Notes: a model not told the origin generated them from the letters alone. Shown: positions 11,527 through 25,323, counted from the whole stretch's first letter. The stretch is 60,637 nucleotides of DNA, filler included, from Diploschistes diacapsis (GCA_023645945.1; 6 parts of 6 records of this genome joined end to end with filler, not necessarily neighbours in it); one strand, 5' to 3'. Program-made: numbers and translations.

Positions 11527-12634
11527 TGCACACCGGCTTTTGCCTAGTCGTGATGGCAGTGCGAATAGCAAGACGGCCTCCCTCCATGCAAGTCATACGC
11601 TGGCCTTTCGGATGAGTGGGAACACCCGCGTTCCGGAGACGCCGCTTTCATCCTACATTCCGCCCCAGAATTCGACGGTGAATATAGCCTTGACATCCAC
11701 GCTCGTTGAGCTGTACTGGAATGATATACAAAGCAAATGGCCTGCAAGCCTCAGCTCCCTTGAGGCCTGGCGGCATGCCTCTGCAGGATAACACCAAACT
11801 CGGCGAAACTGTGTCCGGCCCGGAATCTCAGACGGGGCCTCACACACGCGGGATGAGAACCACTGCACGCTTATGATAATGATCTAATCCTCGCCGCTCC
11901 AGACCCGATCGAGGAAATTTGATCGGAAACTTGGCGAGGCGGCAAGCTCAGCGTTACGGGAGGAGTATCGCGACAAGATCAAGCACTGGAGCAGGGGCCA
12001 GCCAGTCCCCTTGGAGAAGGGGGGGCGCAAGAGCCACGAGAGTATCTGCTTCTAGCTGCGACCATTTCCGAAAATCTTCCTTCCCTCGGTCTTCGTGAGC
12101 TTCTCGACACCATTCATGGATTTTTTTTAGAAAAGTTTAGGAGGATGCGGTCGCTCTCGCCAGAAAACAAAATTACCAATATCGCTATTATTGTGCCATG
12201 TGGCAAGAAAGGTTTCCACCGGGTTCCGAACTTTTTATTAAACATATCATATGGAGGGGCGTTTGGGCGTACCACATGTGAATCTATCCGGCCGCCGGAT
12301 GTGTAGGTGAGGCTGGGTAGAGAGAAGCAAACGCACTCGATATATACAAGGAGCCGATATCGCATATGTAGCCGATGCCACGTCCCAACATGCCAAAGAC
12401 TTGTATTTCTCAACCCACGCGACTGTTGTTGCGAATGGAAAGAAAATTACGCTTGCTATGAAACAAATATCAATAACCAACACAAACACCCACACCCACA
12501 CGCTCCCCTGTCTCCCTCCATCCTCATCAACTCAAACCCTCGTGCACCATCTAAACCGGCACCACCACCCCAGCCCCTACTTCGTCAAGCACCCTCTCCG
12601 CCACCACCCTCCTCCCTCCAACTCCCACTACCCC

Positions 12635-12734
12635 NNNNNNNNNNNNNNNNNNNNNNNNNNNNNNNNNNNNNNNNNNNNTTAATTAATTAANNNNNNNNNN
12701 NNNNNNNNNNNNNNNNNNNNNNNNNNNNNNNNNN
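12635..12734. other. Artificial contig linker
   Basis: Same N44-TTAATTAATTAA-N44 block. Confidence 0.99.
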
Positions 12735-13130
12735 AGACAATGGGGCACGAGATACGGCACGGTAGATCAAGTGCGTGGAGAGAAGGACTGGGTTGTCGGG
12801 GGAGCTTTTAATTAGTACGGTTTGATATTATTTTCTCAAAGAAATAAAGATATAAAAAAAATAGGCAGGTAGCGAGTTATCCTTTCCACAGATAACGCAT
12901 GGATTGGAAAAAATCCTTCGCTCAATGCAGGTAGGAAAGGCTCCCCACAAAAACCCTTGTCGCCCAAAACCTAAAGCAGGAGCACACGTGTGGAACATAC
13001 CGGGGCAGCTGCTGCCCTCCGAACAGACGCCGTGGCGCCATACATGAGCTGATGCTGAAGAGATAAGAGGGAAAAACCCCCCAAAGGCAAACACAGCGTG
13101 CAAAATCATGAGAATCAGTAGCCCCCTCAT

Positions 13131-14977
13131 TCACCCTTCGACCAGACCCTGCTTCTCGCCCTTGCCAAGAAGCTGCAGCGAGCGGCGTGCCAGAGCCACG
13201 ACCTCGCCCTCCCCGTCGTCGCCGTCCTCCGTCTCGGACTCGACGTTTTGATCGGCGATCTTCTTGATCATGTCGATAATGCTGTCGGCTCTGCCGATCA
13301 AATAGAGGAGCTCCTTGTCCTCGGACTCCAAGAGTTGCAGAAGGGTCCAGATGGCGATGTGCTGGAACGTAGGATCACCGCTAAGGAGGAAGCGATTGAG
13401 GTAGCCGTAGATGCCGCCATTTGGGCTCAGCCAGCTCTGGACGAAGATGGAGTAATCGCCGACTGCAAGACATTAGCAAGCTTGCAAGGGAGAATTGGGT
13501 TTCGCTCGCCTTTGGAAGAGAGGTTACCCAGGGCAGCGGCACTGTTGCCTTGCACCTCGAGCGATTCCGAGGCGGTCAAAGGGATCAAAACATCGAACAC
13601 ACCAAGCTTGAGCAGGCTCGGCTTGAGATCGTCACTCAATGCAAGAACGGCGATGGCGGCGGTCATCTCGGATTGGACGCTGAGAGGAACTTCAAGGACG
13701 AGCTGTTTGCACTTCTGCACCGCTTCAGCTTCGAGTACAAGCTGCTTGTTCCGGTCGGAGCTAGCAGCAAGGTTGCGGAGGGTAGAGATGGCGTGACACT
13801 GGATTTCCTCGTTTTCGGTACTGCCGAGCAGCTCCACCAACGGCTTCAGGAAACCTGCGTCAATGATAGGCGATTCGTTCTCGGGATGGATGGAGATGTT
13901 CCGGATACAGGCAACGGCGGAAAGGATTAGGGGGAGGTAGGAGGACTGCAGCAGCCGCAAAAGAGGAGCAAGGCCTTTTGCTTTGACAATTTCGAGCTGG
14001 TACTTTTCGTCCGACGCCAAGTTCCGCAGGGCGAGCGCTGCTTGACACTGAACCTTTGGCGAGGTCGAGTCCATGAGATGAACGAGAGAGTACACGAGCT
14101 TGCCTTCCGTCTGCGCCAGCCTTTTTCGATTTGTGGTGTCGACGGCGATATTGCTCAGGGCCGTCGTGCAGTAGTACTGGACATCGACGTCGGGAGAGGC
14201 GAGCAGTTGTACGAGGACGGGGACAGCGTTCGCGTTAACAAGCTGTTGTCTGTTGTCGTCTTCATCGGCATCAGCAGAGTCGGCGTTACCAAACCGTCGA
14301 ATAGTACCTGAGTGTGTCATGTTGAGAAGCGCTCCTGTAGCATTCCGTTGCACCCTCATATCCTTGGACTTAGCGAGCTTGGTCAGAGGAGCCAAGGCTC
14401 CGGACCTTGCTATCTTGGCTTTGTTCTCCTCGTGCGTAGCGAGATTCGTAATGCATCCAACGGCGTTGCATTGTACTTCGACGTTCGTAGAGTTCATCTG
14501 CTTGATAAGTGGCGTCAAACCTCCAAGCATGACTATCAACACCTTATTCTCCGCTATCGACGGTTAACGTGGGAACTTGTGTCACTGTCTGAACCTACTG
14601 TTGACGGCGAGGTTGCCCAAAGCGGCACTTGCTGCTCGTTGAACCTCAATGTCGGGGCTTTGAAGAAGGTAGAGGATAGGTTCGAGGGTATCGCGATCGA
14701 CTTCGCGGACATCTGGATCCGTTAGCTGAGCTCTTTCACCCTGGGGCCTAGCCGTACCTCGCTCTGTGATCTCGGCAAAGGTAAGACTGGCACTTCGCTG
14801 AAGGTCGACATTTGCGGAGTAAACTAGGGTACTGAGTGCACGTAAAGGCTCGCCAGAGAAGAAATCCGTCTCTGCACGGTTCTCGAGATACTGAAGAAGA
14901 TCGGCAACGGCCTCTCGCTCTGAGTCTGCGAGTGCAGGCTCCTTGGATCTCCTACAGCACGAGGAACACACCCCCAT
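13131..14977 (-). CDS. VAC8: Vacuolar protein 8 (armadillo repeats), 4 introns
   Basis: N-terminal acylation motif MGVCSSCC, then [15 protein letters not shown] and ARM repeats ([43 protein letters not shown]). Introns at 14713-14757, about 14550-14598, 14260-14307 and 13463-13509 (GC-AG). Confidence 0.97.
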
Positions 14978-16018
14978 CGTGCTGGGTGATCCTTTCTAAG
15001 TCGAAAGGTTGGTCGGAGAGGGGGATTTGAGGAGGAGGCCTGTCATATTTCGCGGAGCAGGCGTGAGGACTTGCATGAGAAGCGATCTTGTGATTCGAGA
15101 TTCACGAACCTTGATACAGGCTAATAATATTAAGCAGCATCTAGTTGATGATTTAAAAACCGCTCCAAAGAAGTATTAAAATATGGCCTGCGAGAGCTGT
15201 GTGGGCCCCCTCTCAAACGACGAGTTTTTTCTGACTAACTAACACTAACATTCCCCCCGCCGCCGATTTGTGCATGTGATGGAGATGAGCTTGGATGATA
15301 GACTTCAACACCTTCACTTCAATACCTCGGTATAGTAACTGTTGTGTTTTCAGGTTCCGTTTGATCTTGATAAAAGAAGTCTGCTCACAAGAGCATTATC
15401 TTATGTATGAATCTGCGGGCAGCCTTCTCAGTTTTCGTTATGTTCAGACTATTTTTTTAATCGCTTAGTCACCCGTTTTGGTGGTCCCTGCTCAGCCTAT
15501 GGCTCTTACAAAGCTTGACCTGTACGAGAAATATATAAAATATACACAAGCATTTGGCACGAAAGCATCAACTTATACATCCAAGGTATTCAGGAACAGA
15601 CAGACCCCTTTTCGGGAGGGCCACGATGGAAGATTGGTTCGGAATGCAAATCAGTACTTCGTAGTACTGGCTGTGGAGGGTATAGTGGTATTAGGTGGTA
15701 CAGTGGTATAGTATCGTTGGATTGTGCCTTCTCCCTGCCACGTTTGGCAATCCCCCCTCGCAAAGGGCATTTTCTCAAGGGCGCTAGCTTCGTCATCGCG
15801 AGCTGAAGGTAGAAGGATCGGAAGCTACAGATATGAGAGATGCTGCTCAACAGCCCCCTACTCTTTTCTTCCTTCCATGTCGTTTTCTTTTGCTTTCTAT
15901 ACGCGCCCTGCATCGTTGTCTTCTTGCTGGTATACAGTTACTTTTCTCTGCTCGGCTCTCTGTTCCCTTTTCTCTGTACTTTTATAGCCGTCTCGCAAAG
16001 AGATAGAGCAGCACCGCG

Positions 16019-18349
16019 ATGGGGGTAAGTAGAATATCCCAATCCTTTGGCCACCTCACAATGCCCCGCAATGCCCCCCACCATCCGGTCTGCTTTGCAG
16101 CTTTTCGTCCGATATTCGCATCCAAGGCCAAGAAAGATGAACTGCACTGATCCAGATAGCTTGCGTCGAAGCTTGCTGCTGCTGAGGCCGCAGGCTACAA
16201 TCCCGGAGCACCTGCTGGCGGCCTTCCACCGCAAAGCGGAGGATATCCTCCACAATTGCAGGCCGGGAGACCCGGTGGACCAGTATGTCATCATGCTGCC
16301 CAATGGCGCACTGAATGACAGATTTGGCAGCCTGGACAACCTTCTTACCCACCTTACCCCGGTGCTATTCCGGTGAGCCGTTCCTTCTTGCAAATTTCAT
16401 CTTGCCTGTTCATTTCCTGCGCTTCTGATCAAATTCTGCCTTCGCTGCGCATTCCTACCCCTTGCCTCTCCTATAGTTCTCTCAATGGCGTACAATCAAG
16501 GCAACCCACCCTATCCGGGACACTCCTCGTCGTCATATGGCCCGTACCCACCGCAGCAACCACCGTATCAGCAGAATCGTCAACAAGCTGCCTATGCTCC
16601 ACAAGGCTCATACGGCCAGCATCCCCCATACGCCCAGCAACAGCCCTACGGACATGATCCAGCTTACTCCTACAATCAAAGCCTGGCGCCATCAATTCCC
16701 CCTCGCTCGCAACCTGGTGTGCCACAGTACCAACCCTACGGCCAGCAATCGAACTCGCCTGCACCGCCGCAGCCTCCATACTCTACCAAACCGGGCACAG
16801 CATATGTTTGTTGATGCAGCTTTTAGCCTAGAGATACAAGGCGGAAGTGCGCTAACAATGCTTATACTCAGGGACAATCCAGTCAACACCCTCCGCAACA
16901 GGGCGGATATCCTCCTCAAGGCCAACATCTGCAAGCCCAGCAAAGCTATGGCGTACCTAGCGGTAACGACGTCGCCGCATATAGGGACATGCTGCGTGCT
17001 CAATTGGATGTAAAAGGGCTCAAGGATTCGGACTTCGCACAAACAATTGACATCGAGTCTATTGCCCAACGAGCTCCGTCACAAGTCCAGCAATTATGCC
17101 AGAAATGGCGCGTACCAAAAGAGATTGGGCAAGACATTGTCAAGCTCGCTTTGTACGACATAATTCTCTACATCGGTGAGGGTGTCCATGGCCAAAGCTG
17201 TTTCTATACCATGGCGGGCCTGACAGGAAATAGACAATAGCGGTTCTATGCGCTTCGAAGAGAACGGTGAGCGTATACAAGATCTGAAACTGATCCTCAA
17301 CCGTGTCGCTTATGCCTCGACCCTCTTCGACACCGATGGTATCCAGCTCCGCTTCATGAATTGGAAACCCTACGACCTGACAAAGCTGAACCACGTCAAG
17401 AACGAGCAAGATATCGAGGAACTTTTCGCTGGTGGCCCAAATAGCGTGCCATTCTCGGGCCTCACCCCTCTTGGCACGGAGCTTAGGAACCAAGTCATAA
17501 ACCCTCTCATATTACAGCCGGCTAATAACCGTAATTTGAAGAAGCCGGTACTCGTGATCACGATTACGGACGGGCAGCCCGCGGGAGAAAGCCGAGGCAC
17601 ACTCAAAGAGGTCCTGCTGAACGCGAAAAACGAGATGAGAAGGCATCCACACTATGGCGAACGTCCCTTGGCTTTCCAATTCGCACAGGTCGGCAACGAC
17701 CAAGCTGCGAGGGAGTTTTTGGGCGAGCTAGACGCGGACGCTTCGATCGGGGACATTGTGGATTGCACTTCAAGTCCGTTTCTTGCTCCCGTTTCTGCCA
17801 TCTGTTTATTAACGCGCCCCAAGATTTCGAAAACGAACAAGTTGAGTTTCAAAGGAACAGCGGCCGCGAGCTGACTCCCGATCTCTGGGTCTGCTCCTCA
17901 ACTTTAACCATCTATTCCCGCGCCATTGCTAATCACACCCACAGCTCGTCAAGCTCATGATGGGCGCCATTGACCCCACCTACGACAAAGAAGACGAGAA
18001 TACCGCCAACCAGCCCCCTCCTCCTCGGCCTGCTCAAGGTGGCTATGGCTACAGCGGTCCACCACCGCAGCAGCAAGGCTACGGAGCCCCGCCACAGCAG
18101 GGCTACGGGCAAGGAGGATACGGTGGTCCTCCACCACAGCAGCATGGACACGCCCAACAGGCGTATGGGCAGCAGCAGGCAGGAGGTTATGGGAGGGGAG
18201 GAGGTGGCTACCCGCCGCAACAAGGTGGGTACGGGGGCGGAGCAGGATATCCCGGGCAGCAACAGTACTCGGGCCAGCAAGGGGGTGCGTATCCGGGACA
18301 ACAACAGCAGGGCGGTTATGGAGCGCCACCGCCGCCGCCGAGGTATTGA
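16019..18349 (+). CDS. RfeF-like vWA-domain protein with Q/G/Y/P-rich N- and C-terminal tails; two candidate starts (ATG 16019 and ATG 16485)
   Basis: Spliced vWA core LYDIILYI|DNSGSM...IQLRFMN...SGLTPLG...KPVLVITITDGQP...FQFAQVGND. Exons 16019-24, 16160-16282 and 16331-16372, or alternatively 16485-16805, then 16872-17176, 17234-17773, 17824-17888 and 17945-18349 (boundaries approximate). The RfeF label is from recall of the family. Confidence 0.82.
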
Positions 18350-18995
18350 GCTTTTGTCTGATCTGAGGAGAGGAAGAGGAGGGTTCGGGGGCAGGCTAGA
18401 AAGAGATGGTATGCAGATTGGTCGGACGGAAGACGGGCGCTAACCGATGCTAACCGATGCGTATCCTAAGCCTTGAACATCGCATTCTTTTTTTGGGCGT
18501 TATAAACACATTTTCCGTCAACCGAGAACAAAAGTCATAGCTCGTCGTATCAAATTCCTTTTCCAAGGGTACAGATTGCTACACAAGAAATTATGTACTG
18601 AAAAGCAATTCTACATTTTCCGCAATCCTCCTCTGTGCTAGGCTGTTTCTTTCCCCGTACAAAACAGCTGCTCCTGCGAGGAATCCTGATAACTCGCTGC
18701 AAGGAACGCGTGGAGGAGGTCTTGCTCCCATTGAGACAGTGCTTGTGAGATTGCCGGAGTTGCGTAGCTGTGGGCCGTTTCAAAGGGACGGGGCTGTCAA
18801 GCTGGAAAGAAAGGTTTCCAGTTCTTTTTCGCAGCGACTGTTGCCTGTTGGTGACATCCCTTCTTTGTTGGTACACGGGAAGGATATGCGACTTGATGAC
18901 GGAATGGGGCCCAGGTGCGTATCTGAAGTAGTATGCATGCCGTTGATGAATTTTCCCGAATGGCGTGATGAAGGTCAGGGTGGGGAGAAGGGGGG

Positions 18996-19095
18996 NNNNN
19001 NNNNNNNNNNNNNNNNNNNNNNNNNNNNNNNNNNNNNNNTTAATTAATTAANNNNNNNNNNNNNNNNNNNNNNNNNNNNNNNNNNNNNNNNNNNN
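18996..19095. other. Artificial contig linker
   Basis: Same N44-TTAATTAATTAA-N44 block. Confidence 0.99.
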
Positions 19096-19896
19096 GGAGT
19101 GAACGGATCGGTGAGGGAGTGAGGAAGAAGGGTGTGGGAGAGTGGAGAGCGGAAAAGAGAAGGGAATGGGAGGCGGGAAGGATAAGTATACATGTGTGAA
19201 GGGAGGCGATGTACATATCTCATGTTATGTTTATGCTATGTTACGGATGGTTATGATTTGATGGAATAGGTTGCCTAGGTCGGGCTTCATGTCACGAAAC
19301 ATGTTTCTGGGACTGATGGGGCTTACGTGCATATATATATGGTGGAGAGTGGGTCGTTGCTGACTGTTGGCTTCTGGCTCTCTCGGCAGCTGCAGCGGAG
19401 GCGGGCGTCCGCGATTACTTTTACGTTTCCGTGGCGAGCTTCTTACACAAGATACCATGTCCATACTGAGTAGTAACCATATACAATCTGTGCAATCTGC
19501 GCACGGCAATCCTTGCTCATGGGTGGCCGCTGGGTCTTGGCCGTGAGCCTGAAGCTTCAACATTCCATTGTTCCTTCCGCCAGCCAAATGGGTAAAGTAG
19601 CGTTTTTCCTTGTCACCTGTTGTTGGGAAGGGTTAGTTATACCTTGCTCAGAAGCCCGACCCAGCACGGAAACCCGATTCCCATGCTGCTGCACAAAGAT
19701 AAGCTTTCTAATTCGTTCATGTGGATTATCTTTCTCGTCGCATAATGTAATATGTAGGTATCTTTCATGCCCTCTAAAACGTCCCCTAATCCCCGGAGCA
19801 GAACCAAGGGGAAACCTCCCATACCGGCGGGCACACTTCCCCTTGCCATTGCTTTTGATTCATCCCCTTTCCCTTTCCCATTTCCTAGTCTCGCTT

Positions 19897-22096
19897 TCAA
19901 GGTGAGATTTGCATGGCATCTCCCGCATTCGCCGCTGCCGTTGTCGCGAAATACCTCACATCCACGTCCTCGTCTTGCTGCAGCTTCTCGAGGTTTGGTA
20001 GGATCTGGTTTGGAATGAGATCTTGGCCTCTTGGTGACGGTGTGCCCTTTTGTTCCGACTTCTCCATATTTATGATGGTCGTGTCGTTGGGCAGACGCTT
20101 GAGGACGTCGATGAGGACGCCGTACGTTTTAGCGATGTTGAAACGAATGTTGGGGATATCGTCAGAGACGAGGCGGTCCATCATTGGAAGAATAGATTTT
20201 TCGATGACGGCGATGTTGATGGCTGGGGCGAGTACCTTTGACTATCGTTAGTGAGTGGAACTAGCGATTCATACAGGACTTACTGTAATGGCAAAGCAGG
20301 TTGTCATTCGGTAGAGGTAGTTCGGATGTTGGCCCATCGCCATGACCTTGGGAATAATGGCTTCGCTAGCCCAATCCACACCAAAGACCTCGGTAAGCTT
20401 TTTTAAATTCTGCGTTGCGGCTTCTCGTATCGAAAAGACCGTATCGCCTAGCCAGCTCATGCACAGGTTGCTGAGCTTCTCATCGAAAAATTTAACCCCT
20501 AGTTGGCTCGCTAACAATGGGACATATTCTATTATCGCTAACCGAACGCGCCATTGCTTGTCTTCGGCTAGCTGTACGATTGCGGGTAGTAAGCTCTGTG
20601 ACAGGGTATCAATCCCGATAACTGAATACTGTTAGCAAGGTGAGAAAATTTTACAATAACCCATCTCACCTTGATTCACGAGCTCAATCTTTGAGATAAT
20701 GTGAAGTCGGACATCAGGAAATTCATCCTTTAGCATCTGCATAAACATCGGAAGAAGATGTAACATGGTCCTACTCGCGTGAGAAGGTCTTCACGGTTGC
20801 CAAAGCAATCCACTTACTCGTCTTTCCCAAGGATAGGCGCCAGTCCACTGATCTGCGTACCCAGAGCTGCACGAACATGCTGGGAGGCGTCCGACGCGAG
20901 GGCTTCAATAGGGCTCATAATCTCACTCAGTAGCGTTTCTCTATCTAACAATTTACAGAATCCTAACCCTGTTAGCCCCTTGATCTTTCGACATGCTGTA
21001 GATACCTACCAGGGATTTGGCCTGTTACCGCGGTGCGGACTTCCGCCTCGCTGTCCTGGAGTAGCTTGATGAAGGCGGGCACCAGGTCTCTGCTCACGGT
21101 GTCTTCATCCACCACATTGGCAATCTATCAAGAGTCTCAGTACCTTAAGCCCATATGGTGCGAGTTTGCTAACCTTTTCGAACCGGTCTGCGATCATGTA
21201 CCTCACTCGCCAGCTTTTATCTTCGAAAAGACTTCTCAGCGCAGTAAGTAGCACCCCATGACTTGGCTGCTGCTCTTTGGGGACAACTTCTGAAATAGAA
21301 ATTAGAATCTCAACCGTCAACAACCTCACGCTATCCTGATCATCGCTTGCTAGATGCTGAAACAGAGGTATCAAGTCGCTAACAACAGTCTTGGCAGGCA
21401 CCTCTTTCACGAGTTTTGCTAGGTTGTTGGCGGCCTGTCTTCGGACCATCGGGGTCTCATCATGAACAAGGTGTGAAAATTGGGTTCGTAAGCCATCTTG
21501 GGAATGCTCAGTAGCTTTTTTGTATGGCGCAGTGTAGAGACCTGTAGCGGATATCTTTGAAGTAAACCAATCGGCCTTTGAGAGCCTAACAACGAGTGGT
21601 ATAAAGTAGTCCTCAATCTGAGATTGCGATAGTTCGGTGCATATCTTGTTGAGAGAATCCACAGCCTTCTCCCGTACCAATGGCTCCTCGATGGCCGCGA
21701 GATTCTCTAGGGGTGAAAGGAGCACGTGCCCGTATTCAGGTCCTCCAACGTATTCAATAAAGCCTCCCAGCTCGTCGCTCAAAGCTGTCAATACTTCATC
21801 CTCATCCTCGACCGATTCTAAACAAGTCACGGTACGTCAGCAGTCAGTCCAGCTTCGCATGATGGCACATCGTACCATCTAGAAAAGGGATCAATTCATC
21901 TCGTGTTCGTTCCGATCCGAGTGCTAATGCTATCGTAGACAAGCGGTGGATCGCGTTTAGTCGTAGGACGACATCATCATGCTAGAACCTCTGAGACTGG
22001 TTGAATAGCTAAGGATGCAGGAAACAGTACCTTGAGTTCATCAATCAGGACAGCAATTGGGTAGAGCTCATCATTTTGATTTTGAGAAGGCTCCAT
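19897..22096 (-). CDS. TPD3: Protein phosphatase 2A scaffold (A) subunit, HEAT repeats, about 7 introns
   Basis: [90 protein letters not shown]. Confidence 0.97.
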
Positions 22097-22791
22097 CTTT
22101 GCTGTTCTTGATGATTCTACTAAGTGAATTTGAAATTCACGACACTCCGAGGCCAAAGGCGCGGCTTGCGTGAGGATCTAGTGTTGAAGTGGACGCTGTG
22201 AACGCTGAGCGGTATATAGAGAACGTTGCGCACTCAAATCAAACCGGAAGGTGAGTATCCAGTATTATTAACTAGCGAATCTTCGGTCAGACAGGTCCGT
22301 CCTTACAACGTTGTTTTGTATACAGGATGGTTCGTAGCTAGATAGACCGAAAGGAGTAGTCGGGGCGCAACTGCCTTGCTAATAATGTGGGGTGAAATGA
22401 GGCACTATGAAAGCAGCGATAGGGGGAGCCAACGCTTACAGTACGGCAAAGGATGTATTAGCAAAACATGTTTTCAGAAGGAGTCTATAATCTTAAGCTT
22501 CAGCTGGATCTAGGAAGGACATTCAAGTTCCAAAATGATGCATGTAAAGAGAGCTGCGATGTTAAAGCCGCTAACTTGTTTACCCAGCCCTACAGTAAAC
22601 AGAGCTTCATGTCACTGGGACTTTGGTGGTCCATGCTATGTTACGTAATCAGCCCTGACGGGAAAATGAATCATCTTCAACCCACGGTGTTTTATAGAAC
22701 AATATTCAGCCATGCCAGTTGCGACACTCCGCATAGTATTGCCAAGGTGACCTTCGTTCGTGGCTCTTCAGAAGGCTCAGCATACTGTACA

Positions 22792-24917
22792 ATGCCTACG
22801 ATTGCGGTTGACAAGGCCGCTCTCTTTAAGGAGCTCGGCCGAGAGTACGTTCAACTCAGCAAGCATCGATGGGGAGCAGTCACGCTTATGCTCTCTAGAT
22901 ACACTACGGAGGAGTTCGACGAACTATGCTTCGACTATGGCAAGTGCTACTACGAGAAAGCTTGGTCAGAAAGGCCAGCTAAGAGAACATAGGTATCGAG
23001 CTCGACGAAGACGTAACGCCAATTCTTCTCTCATGGCCCCTTCGACTTGCTAAGCAGAAATAGACCTCCCACACCGAGCGTCCGACTGTCAATGGAAAAG
23101 AAGAGCCTCCGCAGCTGAAAATTGAGATACCTGCCAACAGGTATGAGCTACACGTTTTCATTGCCCGAGGGTGAAGATCTCATGATGATATAGATATGAC
23201 TTACTATGCTTCGAGGGCATCTCCCTTATGCTCAACATCTTCCTAGGGAGGAAATCACTTCCGAGCTACCGTCTTGTTCCTCCCTCGAATGGCGAGCTGC
23301 AGTCGATAATAGTGCACGAGGATGTATGACCGTAACCACTGTATTCTCACTGTCGTGAACAAGGCGCTCACGCTACGTAGACGACGAAGATTAGACCTTA
23401 TATTTCCGGTGCTATACTACGCAACATTAAGTTTAACCAGGCACGCTACGACTCCTTCATTGCTTTACAAGACAAGCTCCACCAAAATCTGGCCCGACAG
23501 CGGTCCCTAGTTGCCATTGGTACTCATGATCTCGATACGATCCAAGGCCCCTTCACGTACGAGGCTCTCCCTCCTACTGAGATTGAATTCATACCGCTTA
23601 ACCAGACAAACAAGATGAATGCACAGGAAATGATGAAGTTCTATGAGAAGGACAAGCACCTTAGCCGCTATTTACACATTATTCGAGACTCTCCGGTGTA
23701 CCCCATTATCTACGACTCTAAGCGAACGGTGTGCTCTATGCCACCCATTATCAACGGGAACCACTCGAAGATTACCCTCAATACCCGCAACGTCTTCGTC
23801 GATGTCACCGCCACAGACAAGACGAAGCTCGAGATCATCTGCAACATGATGGTCACAATGTTCTCCCAATACACTGACGAGCCATTCACCATCGAGCCGG
23901 TCAAGGTTGTCTCAAAGCACAATAACCAAACGCGGCAGGTCCCAGAACTGACGCCGAGGGAGACACAGGCAGAGGTCTCCTATATCAATGCTTGCTGCGG
24001 CCTTGACCTTTTGGCCCCAGACATCTGCAAACTACTAAATCGCATGGGTTACACATCTTCACCATCCAAGTCCTCGAAAGATCTTATTGATATTGCGGTC
24101 CCGCCGACCCGACCGGACGTTCTCCACCAGTGTGACATCATGGAAGACGTCGCCATCGCCTATGGCTTTAACAAACTCCCTCGTTCTTTCCCAACTAAAT
24201 CGGGTACTGTCGCCCAACCGCTGGTGATCAACAAACTAGCAGACATTGTTCGGGTAGAAGCTGCAATGGCCGGCTGGTCGGAAGTCATGCCCTTGATTCT
24301 CTGTTCGCATGACGAGAACTTTGCTTGGCTGAATCGCAAAGATGACGGCAAGACAGCCGTCAAGCTAGCAAACCCAAAGACGCTGGAGTACCAGGTCGTG
24401 CGCACATCGCTGCTGCCGGGCCTGCTAAAGACGATACGTGAAAATAAACATCACTCAGTGCCCATGAAAATCTTCGAGGTCAGCGACGTTGCCTTCAAGG
24501 AACCCACTCGGGAGAGAAAGTCTCGAAACGAGAGGCACTTTGCGGCGGCTTGGTACGGAAAGAGCAGTGGCTTCGAGATCGTTCATGGGTTGCTGGACCG
24601 GGTGATGCTGATGCTAAAGAGCGCATTCATCACCAGCGAGAAAGGCTTGGAAGGAAAGACGGATGCGTACACGAGTTACTGGATCGAAGAGGTCGATGAC
24701 CCGACTTTCTTCCCGGGCCACGCCGCTTCGATATACGTCAAGGCTGGCGACAAGGCGCAGAAGGTCGGGGTGTTTGGGATTCTGCATCCGACGGCGCTTG
24801 AAAAGTTTGACTTGAGGTAAGCAGCCTGTGGAAGCTGGAATGGGGAGTTGGTTTGAGCTGACCGCGCATAGATACCCCGTGTCTACGTTGGAGATGAACA
24901 TAGAGGTCTTCTTGTAG
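22792..24917 (+). CDS. FRS1: Cytoplasmic phenylalanyl-tRNA synthetase beta subunit, 6 introns
   Basis: MPTIAVDK...YTTEEFDELCFDYGIELDED, EIPANRYDLLCFEG, SMPPIINGNHSKITL, RPDVLHQCDIMEDVAIAYGFN, LANPKTLEYQVVRTSLLPGLLKT. Last exon ends with TAG at 24917. Divergent from TPD3. Confidence 0.96.
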
Positions 24918-25323
24918 ATACCAGGAGCGCATTAGAAGACAAAAAGATATGAATGGCCATGCATAATGAAGAGCGTGGCGAACCTTTCACACATTTAAGA
25001 GTGGGCATCGTATTCTGGTCCGCGTTCTGCATTGGTTCAATCACCTCTATTTATCACCCTGTCCTTCCGAATCAATGCTTTGTCACTCCAATGCCATGCC
25101 AAATGCAGATTGCCGCCATCCATCCAATTCACAGTGTCTGCTGACCACAGACCTCCGACTCAATGCCAACCTCGCTGTGCTAATCGATCCAACACTAAAC
25201 GGACCAACGACGCCGACGCCGATGCCGATGCCATACGTAGAGGCCGTGATCGTCGTGAGTCAAGTCAATGCCTACCCTAAAATCAATCCAGCTCACAAGT
25301 TCCAGGGGCCAAGTAGAACAGAC

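Noticed and set aside
16047..16376. 109-aa ORF as a separate small gene or uORF
   Set aside because: It is an off-frame read across the upstream exons and introns of the vWA gene.
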